Origin: Tubiluchus corallicola
Lineage: Eukaryota > Animalia > Priapulida
DNA length: 64,000 nucleotides
Direction: 5' to 3'
Assembly (NCBI GenBank): GCA_030141605.1
Contig: JAQGDQ010000031.1
Span: 496,001-560,000, forward strand
Position numbers and translations under genes: made by a program. Under the pieces are notes generated by a model, which made no database searches, was not told the DNA's origin, and saw only the letters and a list, made by a program, of their open reading frames with translations. Below are positions 38,426-49,000 of this stretch, piece after piece (the stretch's first letter is position 1; each line of letters opens with the position of its first letter).

Positions 38426-40012
38426 CTTGACTTTTCATAAAGATATATATTTCTTCGCATTGTTTAGCTGCATCGTGCTGTGTGTAAAGGATTTTCATGT
38501 GCATTAAAGTAATGTAAATAGGCATGATGATTCATTTTGCAGTTTTATTGAAGTTTTTACAACTACAGTTTGATAAACAGAAAGGTTTTGAAAAAAAAAT
38601 TTACCTTTAAAATTAAATCTTAAATTTCTGCATCAAGAGTATAGTTTGTACATAGTCACTTTTTGCATTCCTATAAATTAACATTTTAGCATGCTTAAGC
38701 ATTTACAACTAGTCATCAAATTCTGCTTTAACAAACTCTTTTGTCCATTATAATATATGCTGTCACAGTCAGTAATCATTGACAAAAGACAAAAAATTAT
38801 AATGTTAATAAATATTGAAATTGAATTTATAATTTGCTTTATCTTTTTGTCTATTTTAATCCTATTCAGCAAAGTCTCGGTAACATTTTTATAAAGTGGT
38901 TTCATTGAAAATTAGAATAGGTACAAATGTAACTGTTTTTAACTACTAAGTCGTGCGTAGTTGTAGACTTTTGTTCTAATTTCTGTTTATTGTTATGATA
39001 TCAAGTAAAATGTCGGTTTCAGACTGCTGCCAACAGCTGTCAGAAATTATAGGTTAGTCAGTATAAAATTGTACTATTTCGTAAAGGCCATTTTATATTT
39101 TTTTGAAGTTTCGTTTTGCCCCATTCTTATTAAAACTGTATATGTTGTTCTTTTTAACACAAAGATACAGTGTTTTATTAAATTACTCTGGTTTATTTTC
39201 AAGAACGTTTCAGTAAGCTTCTAATTTTGCTATTTTGTCTGTTTCTAATTTGTCTTGGAGTAATTTTAGTTACATAACTTACATTTAACACAAGCAATAC
39301 CTTTAATAATTAAACCACAATGTATTTAAATGCTTTGTTCATTCATTTTAGCAAATAAAATTGATGTAGCTCATTTTTTATTCATATGTTTAGCTTTTGT
39401 AATACTTTTTGTGATGCTAACCCAAATTAAGAAATATCGATCTAGCCCGAGAAATTAGTAACTATCTATGGCAATTTTCGTGGGATGTGTGATGATCATA
39501 CTCTCCTCAAACAAGCCATCTGGCAACGTATCTTTGTTTTGAACCAATATACAGCTGTATTATTCACCCCCTGATTAAACATCTCGTTGTCGACTTCCTG
39601 GGTAGAACACAAGCCTGGAAACCAACAAGGTGCTCATTTCTTTAATTAAGCTGTCAGAATGTTGTGATATATCACTGTGATGATCTCTAAGCTGCCTTGC
39701 TCAACAGATACGAACAGCCAACTGGAGTCTTGGAGCCTTCAACTACGACTCTCTAACCGGACAGACACATTACTGGTGTGAATGTTATCCAAGATAGTGA
39801 AATAACTCCGAAAGCAAATGTGCTTTTCTAACTGGAGGCAGCTTGAGGTCTTACAGCCACGTGTAAAAGAAAGACCAGTTGCTAGTGTTAGTCACTTCTT
39901 TCACTAGTTAATAAGCTACTTGCAAAACTTCCACTTCTCTATTGTAGCAAGCGGTCACCGAATATTTGCATTAAAAAACAATGACAGTTCAAAATTATCT
40001 TAAAAATGTGGT

Positions 40013-40018
40013 TTTATT
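40013..40018 (-). terminator. Candidate polyadenylation signal of INTS2
   Basis: AATAAA on the minus strand ~55 nt after the INTS2 stop. Confidence 0.5.
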
Positions 40019-40073
40019 TACAATTTTTAAATACACAATTGACAAATTCCAGTCACAACTGATACAGCAATTA

Positions 40074-43000
40074 TCAGCATGTATTGCAATTTATACTGGC
40101 TTGTACGATGTGTTGAAAAGCGCGACGTACAGCACAACATAGTTGACTTTCTTTCGGTAAATCCACTATATCCACTGAATCTACAAAAAGGATTAAAATG
40201 ACACTAGTGTCAGAGTTTTCCAGGTATTTTAAAGTTATCTAAAGTTCATAAGTATAGTAAAGTTTAAACGACAAAGTATTTGTATATACAGTTGTTTGGG
40301 CCTGTTTTCAGCACTGTAAAGTTGTTATTTTTACAAATTCTTTATATGGGATTATCTAGTAATTTAACGATAATGATCCACATCAAATTTGGCGTATCGT
40401 CGCTTATCGCTTGTATATTTATAAAATTACTTTTCTTTTTGTTTACAGTAACTACACAAAGTGGATAAAAATAATTATTTAAAATTATAAACTTGTCAGA
40501 AGCCGAATCACTTTCTTGTACTTTCACCTGGTAATAATGTCTATCTTCATTCTGAATCATACTGACAAAGTATAGAGGCCCCGTTATACACTTTGATACT
40601 GACGCACGGATGTCAAATACACTGTACAGCATTTTAGTGTCACTTCGTCATGTGCAGCGCGCAGTGATATAAATATAAATATTTTTAACACACTAATTTG
40701 TTTACCTGTCGCAGCTTACATACGAAGAATCATTATGACAAACAAACTTGTGTTTTATAACTAGCAGCTTTTTAAGTGTACAGCACTGAAGCACTTAATA
40801 ATTTTAATTTTTAATGACTTTTTTCCGCTGTTGCACAAATTGTCTAAATTAAGTATGGTTTTTATAGTTCAAAATAATTGATCGTAACGTATTGTCTAAA
40901 AATAGTTTATTGTTGGAAAAAAGTATCATATCGCCAATTTTCTATTGTTTAACATCCCTAGGAATAGTATTATCCCATTTGGTAATCCACAGCTAATACC
41001 TGTTAGGTTTGTATGTGCTGCAGAAGAATATATGTACAACAAATATGTGTGCATTAAAATATTTATTATAGCCTTGATCTACTTCTATAAACTCGACTGC
41101 ATTTTCTACACACTCCAAATAACCACGCAATGATCTTGACACTTAATATTTTATCATAATAACAATGATACCATGCATAACACTGTCAGGTTTGACGTCA
41201 CTGAAACCGGTACTATTTTCCAGTTTCAATGCTAATTTGTTTAGCCAGAAATAGATTGATCTGCAAATGACAAGGGATATCAGTGAGAGTTAATAAACGT
41301 GTATGAACTCGTTGCTACATTTCAAACAAACATTAGAGAAATGTGAACCTACCTACGCTAAGTGGTGAATGACATCCTTGCAATGCTGCTGCAGACAACG
41401 CCATCTGTCCAAGTTGTACCAAGAAGGAAATGATGTCATCTACTAGTGGTGGAAACGCTCTACAAATACGACTCATGGCGGGCATGAGAGGAACGTAGAA
41501 GTCTGGCAGAACGTCATTGGGAAGAACTGAATAAAAAAACTTACAATGAACAGCATTGTTGGTCAATTAGAGAAGCCATTTTGAGTGAGCAATTTTGTTT
41601 AGCAAATACTTTCCACTCGTGCAAAATTGAAGGAAGAAAAAATTTAAACCAAGATAAAGTTCGAGTCAGCTTCTGTTGCCTGGCCAATTCATCATCTACT
41701 TTGTAAAACATCTTACATGGTTAAAACAACTTATATAATTATAACGTTATTAACGTTACATTATAGTTTATAACTGCATATGTCACGAACTAAAATAATT
41801 CCAGATGGCTGAACACACCAACATTGTATGCAAGTTTTTGCTTTAACTTAAAAAACAATGATACTATCAAGCTATTACCTACTGCTTACAAGTTATCTTT
41901 CACAAAAGCTTAGTTCTCGTAGTTCTTGAAGTTATGAGATAAAAAAAATAAATGGAATATGCTTTAAGGATAAAAAAAATACCAGTCAGTTGTCATCTTA
42001 CCTGTTAAAAGTTGAGATATCACATTAACAGACAATCTAGCAACACTCAGTGATTTTGGTAATGGATACTGCAGCACCAGGTGTGAGACCAAGTCCACAG
42101 CAAACATCTGCAAAAAACTTACATGATAAGACAAAAAATATGTCATTGACAACATATTTGAAATTTTAAACTGTCATGTTTTATAAGTCTTTCAGTTTTC
42201 AACTTATGCATTCGTCTCACTAATGCATTGCACTTCTAATAAGCCTTCCACACAGACATTCAAAACACCGTCATTCTCCAGTTTGCCAGTGTTGAAGGAC
42301 CATGTGACACTGGGAATGATAGTGAAATATGAAAGTCATTCAAGTTTGATGACACAAAGCTGGCCTTGATCTTCATCAGTGTACATTGTCATTGCTTGAA
42401 CAGCCAATAATGCACACTGGTGATTCAGCTANNNGTATACATGCGTGTTGTTAGTTTTATCAACTTTACCCCTTTTGCAAAGTTGCTCTTTTGTTTTCAG
42501 CTTCTTTGTTTTTCGGGTTGCGCTCATCTTTCTAGTCATAACCTCGTTGCTTTGCGAGTTACAATAAAGTTGTTAAATTTATTCTTGTCGTCTTGGTGTT
42601 TGAGACAAAGCTGGAACATTCTTTAATTAATGGCGTGGTGGCTGCCGGTGTGACTACGAACTACGTACTCAGAAAAGCCAGTGGACCTTATAATTGGTTT
42701 GTCGAGAGTGTACATGCATCTGTCTAAATCTAACCAAAACCAGTCAGCTTATTCCATAGCTGTAAAGACGTAAGAATTCAAATTTATCAGCGCAATTTTC
42801 GAAAGAACTAGTATTGATAAACACCCTCAATTTGTGTTAGAATATGGCCACTACTCGTGCTCCAAAACAGTGGTGTCTGACAAAACAAGAGACAATTACA
42901 TCATTTGAAGCATGGCGCCAAAATTTGCAATACACTCTATCGCTAGATCAGAATTTTGCAGAATTTTTAGTTGAAGGTGCGACCTGGCATAAGAAAACAA

Positions 43001-46000
43001 ATGCAGCACCTTTACGAGGTCTGCAAGATGATGATGAAAACGTTCCCATTGCAAACCGCCAAACAGCCGCACAAAAGACCACTCATCTGGACTTAATGCT
43101 GGGACAGATTGCCAACTATTGTCCGATTATTTCGAGAAATTCCATTGTCAAAAACTCAACATCATTGACTCGTATATGGCAAACAATTAGACAGCATTTC
43201 GGATTCCAAACAACAGGTGGTCATTTTTTGGATTTTAATAATATTCATATGCAGCCAGACGAACGTCCAGAAGATCTTTTCCAGCGTTTAAATAGTTTCA
43301 TTGAGGATAACCTCTTACGCGCTGCAGGTGGTATACAGCATCACGGTGAGAATCCAATTAGTGATGAGGAAATTACACCTACCTTAGAGAACCTAATCAT
43401 TCTGACTTGGCTTCGACTTTTACATCCTGGGCTACCCAGCTTAGTCAAGCAAAAGTACGGTACAGAGCTAAGATCAAAAACACTTGCCTCACTGAAGCCA
43501 GAAATTTCATTGGCACTAGATTCTTTGCTAGAGGAACTTCAGGCATCAGCCGATGCTAAAGTGTTACGCACAGCCTTCCGACAGTTTCCAGATTATTCCA
43601 AACGCAAACAGCCGTTGATTCGGAAAAAGCAACCGCGTCGTTCAACAAAAATTTGCCCGTTATGCAAACAAGCGGGTCGTGCTAAATTTCAACATTTTCT
43701 CAGTACGTGCCAGTACCTACCAGAGGAAGATAAGGAATATTTCGCCAGAGCCCGTCAGACCATCAGCTTTGAGGAAGACTACAGTCAAGACAGTGCAGAT
43801 AGTTGTCATAACATTGACACAACAGAGCCTGACGCCGGTGACGATGATGAGTGTGCTTCCCATAATCTCCGTTGTGTGTCTACCGCACATCGAGTCAGCA
43901 CAAAACAATCTCCTCATTTGAAAGTTTTCTACAAACATCATCCAATCTACATAACCCTAGACACGGGTGCTGAAACCAGCATGATCAAAGAAGCTATTGC
44001 CCATCTAATTGGTGTTCCTATTCAGCAAACTACACAGTCCGCTTTGCAAGCTGATGGGGTTACACCATTGGACATCATAGGTGAAACACGCATAACTGTT
44101 ACTCGAAATGCTCACAATCTCTGTTTAGAAGCCCTAGTAGTGCGTAATTTGGATGTTGATATCTTGGCTGGAACTCCTTTCCTCATAGCTAACGATATCT
44201 CAGTTCGTCCCGCTCGGAAAAAAGTTTGCATAAAAGGCTCAGACACTGCTAAATATGATATTCCCCCTGTCAACACCTCCAAAAGTAGTATTTGCTATGC
44301 CCATGTTCTGCGTGCACCCTCAACTCCTACTATGATCTGGCCTGGCGAGTACTTAGAGTTATCAGTCCCCTCTTCTGTGGACCCTGACAGCCCTTTAGCC
44401 GTAGAGCCTCATACCGACTATGCCAAAACCACCTCACTATGGCCTCAACCTGACATAATTGAAGCTGTAGCAGGAAAAATCCGCATACCAAATATTTCTT
44501 CTGATCCACTTACAATACCCAAACACGCACACATTTGCAAGACCTATTCGGTAACTAGTTCCAAACTTACTACTAATAGCCAGGATTCCCAAAACCTACC
44601 CCAGGCTCAAATGCATAACGCCAAGCAGAACCCACCAGTTTGTTACTCAGATGCCGTCACTGTTGACCCAGATAACATCCTAAGCCCGCAATCTCGTGCC
44701 AACTTCAAGAAGCTACTACAAGACTATGATGGCATTTTTAGCCCCAATATCAGTGGATACAATGGTGCTGCTGGCAAGTTCGCATCCAAAGTCAATATGG
44801 GTCCCGTACAGCCCCCACAGCGCAAGGGCAGAGTACCTCAATACTCACGAGATAAACTCATAGAGCTGCAAGCAAAGTTTGATGAGCTTGAAGCACAGGG
44901 TGTAGTCCGTCGCCCTGAAGATGTTAATGTTACTGTCGAATACCTAAACCCCTCATTCTCAGTCAAAAAGCGCAGAGGTGGTCATCGTCTTGTAACAGCC
45001 TTTTCAGATGTTGGCAGATATAGCAAGCCCCAGCCATCTTTAATGCCTGATGCCAACACTATCCTACAAACTATCGCCCGTTGGCGTTACATCATTGTAT
45101 CTGACCTAACTGATGCTTTCTATCAGATTCCATTAGAACATTCTTCTATGAAATATTGTGGGGTAGCTACTCCATTCCGTGGCATCAGAGTGTACACCAG
45201 ATGTGCCATGGGCATGCCTGGTTCTGAAACGGCACTAGAAGAATTAATGTGTCGGATCCTCGGTGACTCTCTCCAAGATGGCTTTGTTTCTAAATTAGCA
45301 GATGACCTCTATTGTGGAGGTGAGACCCCTGAAGAACTCTTGGACAATTGGCATCGGGTTCTTGACGCTCTTCACAAGTCTAACATCCACTTATCTCCCA
45401 CAAAGACTATCATCTGTCCAAAGTCAACCACCATACTAGGATGGATCTGGACACAAGGCAACATTGCCGCTAGCCCTCACCGCATAGCCACCTTATCAAC
45501 ATGCCCTGCACCAGATACAGTCCATGGTCTTCGATCATTTATTGGTGCATATAAAGTACTTGGACGTGTCTTACCTGGCTGTTCCCTTGTGTTAGCCCCT
45601 CTAGAGGATGCCATCGCTGGACTGCAGTCACGTGACAAGCTGCAGTGGACCGATGAATTACACCACCATTTTGCCGCTGCCCAAAAGGCTCTATCTATGC
45701 ACAAATCCATTATTTTACCAGTACCTTCAGATCAGCTGTGGATAGTAACTGATGGATCTGTCACTAAAAGGGGAATTGGTGCTACTTTGTATGTTACCCG
45801 CAATTCCAAATTATTTCTTGCCGGATTCTTCAGTGCCAAGTTACGCAAACACCAGGTTACATGGTTACCTTGTGAGGTAGAAGCCTTGTGCATTGCTGCT
45901 GCTGTCAAACATTTTAGTCCTTTTATTATACAGTCGACTTCTCACCCCTGCGTACTAACGGACAGCAAACCATGTGTTCAAGCTATAGAAAAGCTTTGTA

Positions 46001-49000
46001 GAGGCGAATTTTCCGCCAGTCCTCGTGTCACGTCATTTTTATCCACCGTAAGCCGCTACCAGGTAACTGTCCGGCACCTCTCAGGAAATGCCAATATTCC
46101 TTCGGATTTTGCAAGCAGAAATGCACCTGAGTGCAACGAACCACATTGTCAGATCTGCTCATTTATCATACAGACCGAAGATTCTGTTGTCCGTTCCGCC
46201 TCAGTGCAGGACATCATCAATTGTACTGCTCCATTGCCCTTTACCACCAGATCAGCATGGAGGGACATCCAGTCTGGCTGTCCAGATTTGCGTCGCACTC
46301 ATGCCCACCTTCGGCAAGGAACGCGTCCGTCAAAGAAATGCACTAACATCAAAGATGTTAAAAGGTACCTCAATGCCGCTACAATTGCTAAGGATGGCGT
46401 ATTGGTTGTGCGTCGTCATGAGCCATTGCACCCTTCCATGGAGCTCATCGTGGTTCCACGTTCTGTTCTGGAAGGCCTTCTCACAGCTCTTCACATAAAG
46501 CTTAGTCACCCTACAAAGCATCAGCTTCAGCTCGTTGCCAGGCGCCACTTCTTTGCTTTAGACATGTCAAAGTCCATTGATCGAGTTACTGACTCATGCC
46601 ACATGTGCTCGTCTCTGAAAAAGTTTCCCCAAAGTCTTATTAGCCAGTCATCTGATTCTCCTCCCAATGCTGTTGGTCTGTCCTTTGCTGCGGACATTCT
46701 TAAACGTCATCGCCAACTTATCCTAGTAGTGCGAGAAACATCCACTTCTTATACGAATGCATGCATCGTGCCAGATGAAACAAGCGACACCTTTCGTGAA
46801 GCTCTTGCTTGCCTTTGCTTAGATCTTCACCCTCCAGATGGCCCTCCTGCAGTAGTCAGAGTGGATCCTGCTCCTGGCTTTCGTGCTCTTTCCAATGACA
46901 GCACTCTTCTGCAACTTGGTCTTTCTCTGGAAATTGGACGTATCAAAAATCCAAATAAGAACCCAGTTGCAGAGCGTGCGATCCAGGAATTGGAAGAAGA
47001 ACTTTTGCGCCACGAACCTGGAGGTGGACCCGTATCCCGTTTAGGTTTGTCTATGGCTCTCGCTCGCCTAAATTCTCGCATCCGCCATGGCGGTTTGTCC
47101 TCCCGGGAGTTATGGACACAGCGCGACCAGTTCTCTCATGATCAGCTACCCATTTCTGACAGAGATACTATCATATCCCAACACATGCAGCGCCAGGCCA
47201 ATCACTCACACAGCGAATCCTCTGAATGTCCCAGTAGACGAAATCCTAATCACCCTGTTATCAATATAGGAGACTTGGTCTACCTTTACTCAGATCGCGA
47301 TAAATCCCAGGCACGCAGCAGGTATCTTGTCACTGGTATTGATGGAGAATGGCTCTTTCTAAAAAAATTTACTGGTTCGCAATTGCGTGCCTCATCTTAT
47401 AAAGTAAAGCACTCTGAATGTTATTTAGTTCCGACCCACACAGACCATGACAAGTATCCTCCGCCTCTGTTAAAACATAGTTTCTGCGATGATGACGATG
47501 ACTCCGAGGCCGTGTCTGCCTTTCCAATTCCCCATCAGCCATTGATACCCATCACTCTTTCTTCACCCCCATCTGACAGCTATACAGACAAGGCATCTGC
47601 TGTCCCTCAGCAGTTGTTCCCGACTTGCGACACTTCAACCGAGCAATCTATCCCTCCAGCCACCGATTATTCTCATCCAAAACGCAGTCGTCGCCCCCCA
47701 AAATATCTTGCTGACTACGTTACCTGAATTTTATCCTTTTTCTTCAGCATTTACATATCAAGTTGTAAGTGTGCCTTTTTGACTTTATAATGTAAGTTAC
47801 ACACAAATTTTGTATTGCGTTTTTGAGTAACATAATCTGATAATATTACCCTAAATCATTGACTTCATGCTAAGTTCTATTATAGTCGTGCTGTATTTCT
47901 TTGGTCATCTGTGTATTACCTCTTTCTATATGTAATACTGTGACAGCTATCGTTAATGCACTTATATTCGCATTACTGTACAAGCACATACTGTTTTCAT
48001 GATAAACAACGTATATTAATGTTGTGCACCGCACATCGTAGTTTGCGATAGTTCATAAATTACATTCTATATCGTTTGTATTGTAATTCTAGTTACAAGT
48101 TTCACCTTTTGTGTCATATTACATGTATACTAAATGTTGTTTGATTTTGTTTCTAGCCATCGGTTAAGAAAAAGGAAAAGAGAAGCCGCGCCAGTATACA
48201 TGCGTGTTGTTAGTTTTATCAACTTTACCCCTTTTGCAAAGTTGCTCTTTTGTTTTCAGCTTCTTTGTTTTTCGGGTTGCGCTCATCTTTCTAGTCATAA
48301 CCTCGTTGCTTTGCGAGTTACAATAAAGTTGTTAAATTTATTCTTGTCGTCTTGGTGTTTGAGACAAAGCTGGAACATTCTTTAATTAATGGCGTAGAAT
48401 AACTCATTTATAGCGGGTGTATCAGTGCTGCTCTGTCACTAAAAAAATGAATTTTTAACAAAAAGCGACTACACAAATTACATTTTGTAAAGTGCATGGG
48501 TGCAAAAATTTCTGCGAGTAATTGTACAAAAGTTTTACAGACTTGTACGGGAAGTGTACAGCAAAAGTGAAAACTACGGCGCTTTGATAACCCACTGTTT
48601 CTGGTTTAGTTGCAGGTGAAAATTTGTCCAGTAAACGAACATACTTGGTGTTATATGAATGTAATTTAAAAGTTCATTTACGCTTTTGCTTTAATTGCTG
48701 AAATATCTGTTAGTAACTTCTTGTTTCATTTCCTTGTCTAAATTCGTTTTTCTTTAATATCGATTTCCTTTTGCAGTACATGGTAAAACAAAGCTCATAC
48801 AAGCTGTTTTTGTGCTATTTCACAAATTAAAAGAATTTAAAGCACATCTCTTCAACAAATAGTTGTATTCAAAGCAAATGTCAGTGAAAACTTATTGTCT
48901 GGATAAATTTCAATGTTTTGAATGTCATTCCTTTGAGAGACTATGTGGACTAAGCATAAAAGAAGAGATCTATACTTGCATCACTCTATGCAAGGTTCTG

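Larger units (their letters stand above)
42432..48394 (+). mobile_element. Full-length Ty3/gypsy-order LTR retrotransposon, antisense in INTS2 intron 15
   Basis: Two direct repeats, PBS-like TGG after the first, polypurine tract before the second, single gag-pol ORF with PR-RT-RH-IN order. The left junction is obscured by NNN at 42432-42434. Confidence 0.95.

Noticed and set aside
42446-42618. Canonical TGTT...AACA LTR boundaries inside the direct repeat
   Set aside because: Identity between the two copies extends at least 11 nt to the left and ~17 nt to the right of these points, and the PPT and PBS abut the longer boundaries.
42420-42626. ORFs 42420-42626 and 48134-48385 with the same peptide
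   Set aside because: They are translations of the two LTRs; no evidence of coding. Not an env gene.
43679-47269. Short overlapping and antisense ORFs within gag-pol
   Set aside because: Expected shadows of a long GC-richer ORF; no recognisable motifs.
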